A stretch of DNA of 64,000 nucleotides from Eledone cirrhosa (Eukaryota). The notes beneath the pieces are model-generated. The model was not told the origin of the DNA, ran no database searches, and worked only from the letters and a program-made list of their open reading frames with translations. Of this stretch, positions 11,536-22,929 are shown one piece after another. A program made the translations under genes and the position numbers. The DNA lies in contig OZ024740.1 in NCBI GenBank assembly GCA_964016885.1, positions 193,874,001 to 193,938,000 on the forward strand, read 5' to 3'. Position 1 is the first letter of the stretch. The number at the start of each line of letters is the position of its first letter.

Positions 11536-11745
11536 TCACACAAATGATACCACAAGGACACAAACAGCAGTATATTGATAATTCTCTGGGCAGTACCAGT
11601 CATTATTTTTCTGTATCTCTTGCACCGATGGCTTTCCAGTTATCCGATCCAAATATTTTTCAGTACACTTTTTTATCATTCCATGTGCACCGACTATCAT
11701 TGGGATTGTACAGACCTTAAGATGCCACATGTTCTCAATTAAGAT
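11536..11745 (-). mobile_element. R4/Dong-like non-LTR retrotransposon C-terminal remnant
   Basis: LIENMWHLKVCTIPMIVGAHGMIKKCTEKYLDRITGKPSVQEIQK resembles the MWxxxxxxIPxIVGALG...IQK end of the restriction-like endonuclease domain. Confidence 0.7.
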
Positions 11746-12285
11746 TTTCGAAACCATACATCAATTCACAGATATATGAGAGATAAATCAATAAATGCCT
11801 CTGAGACACCATCCCAGAAAGACATAGATTCATTTTCAATACGGGGTGAGGAAAGGAAGTTTAACCATGATTGAAAGAAATTCGAATCGCGTATTGACCC
11901 TGTATTGCACCGAAATAGTGGAGCTAAAATTGCGACTTTGATAGAAAGATTTCAGGAAGCAACTGGACTACGATGAGGCTTAGTTATCGACTGCAGTTGA
12001 TTCTCTGTCCCACACTTGGATGATAGAGGTATTCTGACTTAGTAAAGTCCCTGATACCATGAAAAGATCCATAGAAATTTTGTCTTTGTTTAAACCATTA
12101 TCCTGAAATTAAATACAGGGAAGAGTTACACTGTCACTGATAGAATAAGGTATCGCAGGACTAATATTTCAAGAAGACAGTCTCCTGTCAGTGATGCAAT
12201 TTACACTCTCAGTAAACATCTTGTCCTTTATAGCGAGGAAATAGAAAGGGTAATTTATACACAGGAGAAACAAAAACCTGACACA

Positions 12286-12386
12286 TAATTGCTTCTATTT
12301 TTGGCACAAGGCCAGCAATTAACCAGTACATTATTGGTACTTTATTTCATCGACCCCGTAAGGATGAAAGGCAAAGTTAACCTGGC
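12286..12386 (-). mobile_element. SINE family 1, 3' fragment
   Basis: Reverse complement of the 3' half of 9071-9254. Confidence 0.75.
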
Positions 12387-12899
12387 GTATAATTAAGAAC
12401 ATAAATGGTATTAAGAAAAACGTTGACAGATAAGATGTTATCACGTAGGTGGGCGCACGACACATATGCAAGCTGGGTGGTAAGGAAACAACAGCTAAGG
12501 CTGCTAGCTGCTATATCGATTAAGAACTTACATCACTAATGATTATGAAAGTAAAGATCTGTCGAATGAATTCTTATCTAAGTAGTATGTAACATATGCC
12601 ATCAAAATACGTATAACAGTGATTAGAAAATAATTATTATGTGCTGAAGTTCAAACAGAATCCTTTTAATTCTTCATTATATGTATTGTATGTATATATA
12701 TATATATGTGTGTGTGTGTGCGTGCATACTTATTTGTACATATATATATATGGTACACGTGACCTTGGTGTTCCTATAACACATGTATATATGTATGTAT
12801 GTAAACAGTTATGTACATATATGTATGTGTATGTGTGTAAGTAATTTTCTTATGTGTATGTATATATATATATATTTAAATAGAGTTGACTTGTACTAG

Positions 12900-12944
12900 A
12901 CATTTCTGATGATTTCCTATGAAAGAAACAGTTCTAGTATATGT
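12900..12944 (+). ncRNA. Degenerate hammerhead motif
   Basis: CTGATGA-TTTC ctat GAAA-GAAACAGTTCTAGT, related to the 52691 motif. Stem I is poor. Confidence 0.4.
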
Positions 12945-14005
12945 AGGTATATATAGACAGAGGGGCGTAGGAATGAGATTGAGAGAAAGTGTGAGCAATT
13001 GCAACGTTAGAGGTGCATTTAACTACATATTCTAATATTTCCGAGACTTCAATTTTCTCAGAGAAAGACAATTATGTAAGTGAGATGAACAAGATAATGA
13101 CTTATGACTTATGTGATTTATTCTCTTTTTCGTCATTTAATATACCTCTGCATATTTCCTAACTAGATAGTGTTTTTCACATATGCCTAAGAACTTCTGA
13201 CGTAATTCCAATTCATATATATAATTAATACAAAATAAAAACCAATGTTGCTATTCAAATTCCGACTTTTTAATTTCTATAATTGTTTCTATAGAGATAA
13301 ATGTGGCTCCAGTATATAGAATTAATAAATTAATCAGTCAAACAATCAATAATCAATAAGTTAAATGGCACTGAAGCATAAATCATCATTTAATCAGGAA
13401 AAATAGATAAATCTATTGAGTTACTTAACACACCCAGTTAAAATAAAAGCAAGATTTCGAAAACCGAACAGAAGACGTTGGAGATATGGAGCAATTGATT
13501 TGTGTAACGAAGGAATAGTGTATTGATATAAGTATTAAAGGTGAAGTTCCACAGTAAAGAAGCATATTGCTATAAAATAGAGTACGTAGATTTGAAATAA
13601 CAATACATATTTAGAACGATAATATTTGTGTAAATATGAACATTCTGGTGTACTGCTTAAATTCATCGAAAACATCTTAATCACACGAAATAAAGGAAAG
13701 GAATACTACTATATTGTTTTCCGTATATAATCGTTAACACATTGATTTATAAACAAAGATACCGTTATATTTTGACCGGTGCTAATAACGTGAAATATTA
13801 GGAACGGTATATGCTAATGATAGTGACCGGTCAATTATTTACCACACACTACAGTAATGTGTTTGATATACTTACCCAATTACTACTAACATTTAATCTA
13901 TATGGAGAGGGCGTAAGAAAAAATGTAAGTGTAAGATGGAAGTAGGCCATAAGAAACTTATTTTACTGAAATCACAAACTATACTAAATAAAAGTGAATG
14001 AATTT

Positions 14006-14044
<39 letters not shown>

Positions 14045-14182
14045 AGCAAATATATATTTATGTGTGTATATACATGTGTTCCTCAAAATATTTCTCTACG
14101 TTTTGATCCCATCACACTTACAATACGACACACATGCACACACATATATGTTTATATACAGTCACACATACACACTCATAGT

Positions 14183-14520
14183 CTTTAAAACCATATACCT
14201 GAAATAGAATTTATTTTGACAATCCCCTTTGCTTCTCTCCTTTACCTCTCTCCCTCTATAGCAATTGTCTCTATCTTACATTCCCCCTTCTCCAACCCCA
14301 TCTGAACTCTTGACCAATCCTTTAACACAACTGAGACTATTCCTAAAAATAATTTTGTTCTGTAAAAAGACACAACTACCACCACTACTATGACTACTTC
14401 TCTCTATATATAGAAAGTTCTACTTTAGACCATGTCTCCACAAGAAAGATGAACACGTCAACACTTAATTTTAACTTTCTCATTTTTTTTATTTTTAATT
14501 CTTTTTAATTCTTTTGGTCT
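14183..14520 (+). mobile_element. Dispersed repeat family J copy
   Basis: Diverged reverse complement of ~1120-1510. Confidence 0.6.
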
Positions 14521-16276
14521 GCAAAATCTATATCTTCTATTCCACGACAAATTCCTAACGCATTTTAAATTACCCAATTAAACGTATATATTATGTATAT
14601 ATATCTTACGGTTGTAATATTTATAACAGGTAATTACGGTTGTAATATTTATAACAGGTAATGCATTGGCAGCATTTTTATCACATATTTTTGCCTTGCC
14701 GGAGTACCTTTTGAGATTGTGATAACTATATTGTGTATGATGATGTGAGTATCTGTCTCAGACGGACTGTAAAACCATCATATTTACCATAAACAGAATT
14801 TGTTTGATAATACAAATATATTTGATTTTGTTACTCTTTGTGTATTAAACAAAGACAGATTATATTTCCGTCGATTCTAGCCTGGGAGAATGTATTTTTT
14901 TGCACAAAGTATAGGTCCGGAATGTTAGATTCCACATCCCTATGGATAAATAGTACTGTGTCTAGAGATAGGTTTTTGCCACCTATTTTATAGGAAAATG
15001 AGAATCGATAAGAATTCTTCAATTCGGACTCGTTTTTGATTTAAAATATAATGACATTCAAATTTTGTTCAAATTGAGGACATCGAGAACCTAGGAATTG
15101 AGGTCAATTATATTAAAAATTATCATTATATTAAAAAGATGTTCAGCCTTGTTTCTATCAAAGTATATTGGTGTTGCACGTAACTTAAGTCTTTAGGCAG
15201 AAGCCTGCAAAATATAATAGATTATTTCCGAAAATGACAAAAGCAATCTAACTTCTAAATCCATGTGAAAACCATGTCATATTTTTTGAAATAAAATATT
15301 TTGTATTCAACCTAAAATGTTTTAGTTTTGTTCCATATTATAATAGAGTTTATATGATATTTTTCACAATATTATGCGTATAAAGCAATTGATTTCATCG
15401 TATCCTACTAGCTTATTTAGAAAATGTTAGCCAACTTTTAAGAATTATATGTTGCTCTTGAAAGAACTATTTAACTTTGGAGAATCATTCGTGACAGAAT
15501 AAAGCAAAGGATGAAACGAATGTTTATATCCTCTGATGTATACTCAATTATTCTTCGTTTCTAAACATTCTCTACCCAACAAATTGCATCCAATGCCCCC
15601 TGTAAAATAAATTAGCTACAAATGTATAAAAATAGACTCTGGTTATTGAAGGGTTTATGTGCTTTAGAATGAATTGAATAGGAAAATAAATTACTTCATA
15701 ACATAAATATTGCATAATGCTATTAGAATGCTCTTACAGTTAGATGGTAGAGAGGAAATGTATACATGAACTACATACGTTATTCAGTGCAAAAATGAAA
15801 TTGAATTCAAAAACACTGTTTTTAGAGAGGAAACAAAATCCTGTGTTTAACATAAGATCATTTTCCATTTGAAACTTTGAATTTTTCCATTTGAAGCTAC
15901 AAAGTATATTTTGCTGAGTATTTCGACGGGCAAAATACACAGTAAATAGAAAATTGATTTCCGCGCTTTAAGGTTGCTATAAGATAAAATAAAGAAACAT
16001 CTCTGCACAAAAAAAAGATTGGAAACAAAATTGTCTTTAGAAATATGCAAAGAAGGAATATTTTAGGAAACACTTAACGAATATTCTTTTGTAGCCTTTA
16101 TATTTTAGCAGATCCAGAATATATTTTATATGGCAGCTGCAACTTCGATTCATACTTAATATAATATTGTATATACATGAACTGAGGGTCCGCTAAGGTG
16201 AAACAATTGTTCTCGGTATGGTGAACTAACTGTTGTGTAACCACTTATATATATATATATAGAGAGAGAGAGAGAT

Positions 16277-16544
16277 GTTGAGTATATGTTGGTTGTATAC
16301 TAACACCTCAGTATGCAGGCTGGAGTACTCAACTGATTCCAGTTCCTCAGTGAAATAACAACCAAACCAGGAACTGGGCATATCAGTGTATTGACAAAAG
16401 TATACACCTCAACAACATATGTACTTGTCTATACCACACTAATTCGGACTGGCTGAAGAGGTCACAGCCAAAGATGACTGTCACGGAAATATATATCGCA
16501 GTAATAAACGAAGCTAAATTTTAAACATTTGACTTATTTATTTT

Positions 16545-16548
<4 letters not shown>
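16277..16548. mobile_element. PLE-derived element family D
   Basis: Both termini match 62844-63565 in reverse orientation. Flanked by microsatellites. Confidence 0.75.
16448..16502 (+). ncRNA. Type I hammerhead ribozyme (family D, slightly mutated)
   Basis: ACTGg-CTGAAGA-GGTCACAGCCA aaga TGACTGTCACG-GAA-ATATATAT-C-GCAGT followed by AATAAA. Confidence 0.75.
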
Positions 16549-16620
<72 letters not shown>

Positions 16621-16623
<3 letters not shown>

Positions 16624-16985
16624 ATTTAGCGAGAATCGCATTTCGGCGGGTAGAAATTGGCGAAACGCAACTTCCGTATTGTGCAGACAAGCGCTCCATG
16701 GATATGAAGATGATACCAGAGCTATAAATATAAGTTAAAATGGTCATACACGCTGAGACGATGGTTAAGAACCCATTAACCACCTTAGCCAAAAAAGCGA
16801 ACAAGCTAAACGGGTCAAACAAAATGAGATATGATTGAAATAGTTACCCGGACCCTCGGGGAAGATGGAATACTCCGAAATTGGGTTTCTGCAACACCTA
16901 AATCAATAATACTGTCTGCTTATAAAAAATAAGCTTTTGGTATAATGAGCGAACAAGGCATCGCTTTCTCAACAGGTTTTTGTTC
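16621..16985 (-). mobile_element. Family E PLE 3'-terminal copy lacking the internal (TA)n
   Basis: Collinear with the reverse complement of 53581-53968. Confidence 0.7.
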
Positions 16986-17057
16986 TTCATGTGCCAGAAT
17001 ATCACAAAGGGTCATGTTGCCAAAGGAGAGACACAAAAACAAAGAAAAGAATCCACA

Positions 17058-17101
17058 GTCACTGAAGAGGTCACAGAATGTGTGACGAAAGAAGTTTTGA
17101 C
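17058..17101 (+). ncRNA. Hammerhead-like motif with an extra nucleotide after A9
   Basis: GTCA-CTGAAGA-g-GTCACA gaatg TGTGAC-GAAAGAAGTTT-TGAC. Stem III is weak. Confidence 0.6.
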
Positions 17102-17245
17102 AATATATGAAGAATCGTCTGGTTGTGGAACCAACCAACCGGAAATTTATAAATTCTTAAATTTATAAATTTAATTTATAATAAATTGAAGTGAAAGCAT
17201 GTGGTGCGTGTGTTTCTTATTTGCAACATGACCCTCCCAAAGCAT

Positions 17246-17291
<46 letters not shown>

Positions 17292-17586
17292 TCTAGGTAC
17301 GTATTAAGTATTAGGGATCATAATCATTAGAAGTGCTATTATCATGTATGTTTTGTTTACAGTAATTGATATCTATTTTGCAGTCTCAAATGCATACATA
17401 AACATTAGAAGCATTTATTTTCATTGCTACTATAATCATCATTGCCATTATCATTACCGTATTTGTCAACGTTGTAATCATCACCATAATAATCCCAATA
17501 CTCGTTAGCATCACATTAGTTTTAATATTCATACAATTATACCTTGTTAAATCAAGTTACTGATATTTAAACTAGAAATAATGAAC

Positions 17587-18020
17587 ATCATCATCATCAA
17601 CACTTCAAACAGCTGAACATTCCTGCCAATGTCTCTCCACAATTCATGATTTTCTATTGCTCTTGGCTATTGCTTCCTAGTGAGATGTGTAACGTCTGAG
17701 AATTGATCGATGAGATTTCGAGCAGGTCTTCGACTGCGTTTCCCGTGAGTCGGGTCCCAAAATTGTAGCTTGTGGATAACTTCCTGTTTACATATCCCTC
17801 AATGTCCTGCAAATTAAAATCGTCTTTGAGCAATTGTAGTTGTTATCTTGGACACATTTCAGTATAAATTTTCATTTGTAATACGTTGACGCCAGTTTAT
17901 GATTTGTAGAACCATAAGTATTTTAGTATGTGCACCATTTCTTTTTTATTCTTTTTCGTGTGATTGTATCAGAGTGCATGCAGCTGATCCATACACCAGC
18001 ACTTGCTCAACAGACGTTCT
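17587..18020 (-). mobile_element. RTE-type LINE 3' remnant
   Basis: Translates to ...INWRQRITNENLY...QRRF*FAGH...FWDPTHGKRSRRP..., the RTE C-terminal RRLxFAGH/GKRxRGRP pattern, and ends in a (GAT)n tail. Confidence 0.75.
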
Positions 18021-18390
18021 GAAGGAAAAATAATACCCGATGGAAAATGAAACTATGTCTTGAATGATAAGACATTCTTTTTCCTATTTTCGGTGCTTTA
18101 CATATTGATGTAAGTAATTAAATAAAACTATCAGGTCATCCGCAATAAATAAATGTTAACGACAGACTTTAAAGTATAAGTTCTATATTTCCCTTTGGCC
18201 CAACCGACTTGCACATAACTGAAATATGTGCTCAAGATACTTTTGTCTTAAAGGGCATACGGGCATACGGGCATTCATTGCTAAAATATGCCTAATGAGG
18301 ATATATATATATATATATTTGTGTTTGTGGAGGGGGGGGGGGGTGAATGCGTGTGTGTATGTGTGTGTGTCTATGTGTGTGTGTGCGTGG

Positions 18391-18421
<31 letters not shown>

Positions 18422-18439
18422 ATTTGATAACTTTGATAT

Positions 18440-19100
18440 GTCTTGGCCAGTATTGCCCCAGCCCATATCTAACTTAATAGCCATTCCGATAATGAGTTTG
18501 CGGAATCCGGAATTTCGTGATGAGTTTGTACAAAGACGTTTTGAATTTCGCGGGGCGTGTTCCAGTTTATATTTGTTTTGGTGTAATGTTAAAAAGAGCG
18601 GAACCACTTGAGAGGAAATAATTTTGCTGTAATGTTGTGTTGAAATGCGAGTTTGATGTTTTGTTGTGGGCAGAGAGCGCAAGGCCCATCCCTTAGGTTT
18701 ATTTTACAGATGGTGCCAATATCGTTTGGGCAATGCTGATGGAATATGACATCCTGGAGCTAGGAATCACCTGAAAAAATTATTATTTTGCTGTGCTTGT
18801 TGATGTCGATAATGTCATTGGAATAGTTAATGAAGGGAAGTGGGCCCAACACTACTGAATTTGGCTGAGCTTCATTGTAATTCTTTGACTACTATATTTT
18901 AGTCTCTGTTTATCAGGAAACACTTGATTCATTAGCGTAATCTTCTAGAGATAGCAATGTTGCATAGTGTTTTGAAAGGACGTTGTGATCAAGCCTGTCA
19001 AAGGCGTTACTGTAATCAAGGTGTATGACATCAGTGTTTGAGCCTTCTCCCAAAGTTCTTAAAATGTCATCAATTTGATGTTGGAGCTGGATTTTTTCTT
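18440..19100 (-). mobile_element. CR1-type LINE remnant (RT and C-terminus, internally deleted)
   Basis: DVIHLDYSNAFDRLDH...SVLGPLPFINYSND...IIIFSGDS, then GSALFNITPK...FKTSL. Many stops. Confidence 0.75.
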
Positions 19101-19517
19101 AATCGTTAGAACAAGAAGACGGATCCTTAAACTCGAGAAGTGACTCCTCTGTTACTTTGTCAGCTGTTGATTTGAAAGTATCTAGTTTCAAACTGTTTTA
19201 GACAAATCAACACAGGGTTTGTGGTGGTCTCCCATGTTACCAGAATGGCACTGTTGTACAAAATACGCGACCATACTGTGCTTCAAACAATGCCTCTGAT
19301 ATATTCTTTTGAAGCGTAATATGGTCAAGAGGCCCAATTGCCACCAGGCAAGCTTACGTACTTGCCAGTCCGCCACTGTATATCAATATATTCATATCTA
19401 TCAATCTATCTGTCCAAGTCGACATTCCGTGACATATAACACAACTAGCATGAAATAACGCATGCGTATGTGTATGTCTCCTTGATAAATGTAGCACTAG
19501 ATAGTTACCCTACTAAT

Positions 19518-19599
19518 TAAAAACCATTAATCTGGATACCGAAATATGGAATGTTACGCGATGACCCCCTCTCCCCAACAGCCCAGGCGGACAGGACGC
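19518..19599 (-). mobile_element. CRE element extreme 3' end
   Basis: Matches 9378-9470. Confidence 0.6.
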
Positions 19600-19620
19600 A
19601 ATTCATATGCACCTTTACTA

Positions 19621-19715
<95 letters not shown>

Positions 19716-19775
19716 ATATATATTGTTTTTCTGCGTTTCTTTATGAGACTTTCCAAGTACTCACACATGTTTTAT

Positions 19776-19853
19776 ATTGCCTCGTCTGACGAACGAATGA
19801 AGACGTTTCTTTCGTATTCGCCTCATTCGGGAAACCTCTGGTAATGAGGTAAT
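19776..19853 (+). ncRNA. Type I hammerhead ribozyme in a (TA)n-flanked fragment (19722-19958)
   Basis: Stem I ATTGCCTCGT/ATGAGGTAAT, CTGACGA (19786-19792), stem II CGAATGA/TCATTCG, GAA-ACC tct GGT-A (GUA triplet). Confidence 0.85.
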
Positions 19854-19955
19854 TATATTGTATTGATTTTTATACATTAAAAATTTTGCTCTGATACTTA
19901 CATAGAGCACTCTTCACTTCTATGACCTTTTCTGTTTTCAACGGAAATTTCAATA

Positions 19956-20008
<53 letters not shown>

Positions 20009-20010
<2 letters not shown>

Positions 20011-20083
20011 CGAAGGAAATGTGGTAAGGAACCAGGTGGACCGTCGAAACGGCTTGAGCTCAGCCGTCGGGGTCTTACTTGTT

Positions 20084-20087
<4 letters not shown>
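20009..20087. mobile_element. Family A minimal copy (two non-overlapping opposite-orientation arms)
   Basis: Has both fixed termini, ACGAAGGAAATG... and ...GTTCCTA(TA)n, joined at GGACC|GTCGAAAC. Confidence 0.8.
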
Positions 20088-20130
<43 letters not shown>

Positions 20131-20135
20131 ATAAT

Positions 20136-20313
20136 TGTTTCTACTTTTGGCACAAGGCCAGCAATTATGCCAGTGCATTACTGGCACTTTATTATATCGA
20201 CCCCGTAAGAATGAAAGGCAAATTAACCTCGGCGGAATTTTAACTCAGATCATAAAAGGAAGTAACTCTATGCTTCAAAGTATGGCGTCCGATACTGCTA
20301 ATCCACCGCCCTC
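20136..20313 (-). mobile_element. SINE family 1 with 18-nt TSD
   Basis: Flanked by TATATATATAGTAATAAT at 20118-20135 and 20314-20331. Confidence 0.85.
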
Positions 20314-20321
20314 TATATATA

Positions 20322-20461
20322 TAGTAATAATAGTAAATTTGAAGACTAAAATCCAAAGAGGGCTCGATAAGGATAAATATATATCAAATATATAAGAACC
20401 GTAGAGCAAATATGTATTAAAATAACAGATAAAAGTTTAAGCAAAGAATCGCTGCATTCAC
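20322..20461 (-). mobile_element. Family C single arm
   Basis: Reverse complement of ~4055-4187. Confidence 0.75.
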
Positions 20462-20468
20462 ATATATA

Positions 20469-20749
20469 TAAGGAAAATAAATCGAAAATATTTCCTTTAC
20501 CGGTTTCACAGTTATTATGCTTTTCAAAAGTAGAACAATTGAGATGGAGGGTTTGTAGTTTGTCTCGCATCGGAGACAAACCACAATCCCTCCATCTCAA
20601 TTCTAGTTTTGAAAAGCATAATAACTGTGAAACCGGTAAAGGAAATAAATAAATACTCTTAAAAAGACTCGTTGCATTTTCGATTTCTTCTCCTTAAACT
20701 TTCACCCGTGTAGGACATCTCGTTTTTTATTTACAAAAACCTCATTTTC

Positions 20750-20752
<3 letters not shown>
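20469..20752. mobile_element. Fold-back element family G with a U3-A8 variant HHR-like motif
   Basis: Inverted arms ~20489-20565 and 20572-20647 plus a ~58 nt tail. Motif TTGAAAA-GCA taataac TGT-GAA-ACCGGT-A at ~20601-20646. Confidence 0.7.
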
Positions 20753-20788
<36 letters not shown>

Positions 20789-20789
<1 letters not shown>

Positions 20790-21107
20790 GTAGAGGTTAT
20801 ATTTAATTTGTTGGGATACAACAAGCAAAATATTTTTATAACTGATATAAAGCACTCAATAAATTATTGGAGTATATATATATATATGCAATATATTACC
20901 AAATGGAAACTATATTTATAAAACCATATTTATTTCATTATACATATTTCAAGGGCCACCCAAAGCACACTATGGTGCGCTTTCGTCAACTAACCTATAT
21001 TATATTTTATCTGATGAAAGCGCACCATAGTTTGCTTTGGGTGGCCCTTGAAATATGTATAATGAAATAAATATGGTTTTATACATATAGTTTCCATTTG
21101 TTAATAT

Positions 21108-21113
<6 letters not shown>
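20789..21113. mobile_element. Fold-back element family H
   Basis: 20887-20987 inverts 21012-21113, with a ~98 nt extra tail on the left. Flanked by (TA)n. Confidence 0.8.
21003..21069 (+). ncRNA. Type I hammerhead ribozyme (family H)
   Basis: Stem I TATTTTAT/ATGAAATA, CTGATGA (21011-21017), stem II AAGcGC-ACC/GGTgGCcCTT, GAA-ATATGTAT-A. Confidence 0.75.
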
Positions 21114-21167
<54 letters not shown>

Positions 21168-21168
<1 letters not shown>

Positions 21169-21359
21169 CGAAGGAAATGTGGTAAGGTACCAGGTGGACC
21201 ATAACGCACCAAAGTACTCAATACTTAGGGTAGTAGAGTGGGTAATAGGAACAAGTAAGACCCCGACGGCTGAGCTCAAGCCGTTTCGACGGCTAATTCT
21301 GTCCAGAATTAGCCGTCGAAACGGCTTGAGCTCAGCCGTCGGGGTCTTACTTGTTCCTA
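21168..21359. mobile_element. Fold-back element family A
   Basis: Perfect inverted repeat ~21246-21359 plus a ~79 nt tail. Flanked by (TA)n. Confidence 0.85.
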
Positions 21360-21390
21360 TATATATATATATATATAAATATATATATTT

Positions 21391-21544
21391 ATTGAAATAA
21401 CAGATTAAAGTAAAGAATCGCTGCTTTCCCCCTTAACGGGATCTTCTCAAATAAATATTTGCTCTACGGTCCTTATATATTTGATATATATTTATCCTTA
21501 TCCAGCCCTCTTTGGATTTTAGTCTTCAAATTCATTATTATTAC

Positions 21545-21546
<2 letters not shown>
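21391..21546. mobile_element. Family C copy with opposite-orientation arms
   Basis: Both fixed termini of family C are present. Confidence 0.75.
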
Positions 21547-21601
<55 letters not shown>

Positions 21602-21728
21602 AAAATTGTAGTTCCTGTCTGTTTATGTGTTTGTTCACGAACTCCTCCTATGGTTTTGGAGATAGACCACCAGATTTATTATGAAACTACATTACCCAGG
21701 GTACTTGGATAAGTATATTTTATATCAA

Positions 21729-21771
<43 letters not shown>

Positions 21772-22816
21772 AAAATTGTAGTTCCTGTCTGTTTGTTTGT
21801 TTGTTCACGAACTCCTCCTATGGTTTTGGAGATAGACCACCAGATATATTATGAAACTACATTACCTAGGGTACTTGGATAAGTATATTTTATATCAATC
21901 AAAGGGTTTCCCGGGGGTGTAAACCCCCACTTAAATTGTTTTCCCTTCGAATTTTATAAAATTTAAACCATTGATAAATGAGAAGATATAGTGCCTTTTC
22001 ACAAAACTTCACCAAATTTCAATACAATTAAGACATGCTAATGGGGGCTAAACCCCCTTTAGTGAAACGTTTGGCCAATAAATGTAACAAGATGTGTTAT
22101 AACAAGATTGCTTGAAGACTTTATTGAAGCAACCATTATATTCGGGGCTTACAAAGGTTAAGCTCTTCTTATTCAGAAGGTTCCACCTATACTAAGTGAT
22201 AGCGAGTTTCCTTTTACATTTAAGAGGATACAGTCCCCAGTGATGCCATGCCTTGCCATGAGCATCAATAAGAGTCAACGTCAAACTTTCAAAACTATTG
22301 GTTCATATCTGACAAACCCATGTTTCAGTCATGGCATGTTTTATATGGCTGTTTCAAGGAGTGGAACTTAAAAAATCTCTACATTTTAGCAAATCAAAGA
22401 AAGACAAGAAATGTTGTTTACCCTGAAGGTCTTCATTAGGACAAAGTATGAAATATATGTTCATGTATTTATTATGTTAAAAAATAATTAATTAAACTAT
22501 GAATTTCTAATTTGAAAATAATGCTTTGCACAAAGATGAAATGATCAAGTTTTGAATTGATATTTTGAAAAATAATTACAAGAAACAAAATAAGAATAAG
22601 ATCTTAATAATGTAATTTTGATTTGATAATAATGTAATTTTGATTTGATAATAATGTAATTTTGATTTTAATAATGTAATTTTGATTTTACAAAAAATAA
22701 TGTTTTCCAATGTTTTATGCATTACATTTTACATTGAAATGCAGTGTTTTTTCTCCATAAATCACTGATTTGAAATCAATCATCATTTTCTTACAAGGCG
22801 TGGGTAATTCGGCTAG
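21546..22816 (+). mobile_element. Non-autonomous Helitron
   Basis: Helicase C-terminal remnant, 3' terminal CTAG|T at 22813-22817, GTCTGTTT-type 5' subterminal block duplicated with 170-nt period, and an internal 22-nt tandem repeat (~22606-22690). The 5' boundary is approximate. Confidence 0.75.
22093..22439 (+). pseudogene. Helitron PIF1-like helicase C-terminal fragment
   Basis: FPFTFKRIQSPVMPCLAMSINKSQRQTF...PCFSHGMFYMAVSR...TRNVVYPE, with stops and a frameshift. Confidence 0.9.
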
Positions 22817-22827
22817 TATAATATATA

Positions 22828-22929
22828 ATTGTTTCTACTTTTGGCACAAGGGCAGCAATTACCCAGTACATTACTGGTACTTTATTTTATCGACCCCGTA
22901 AGGATGAAAGGCAAAGTTAACCTCGGCGG
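22828..22929 (-). mobile_element. SINE family 1, 3' fragment
   Basis: Matches the other copies. Confidence 0.8.
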
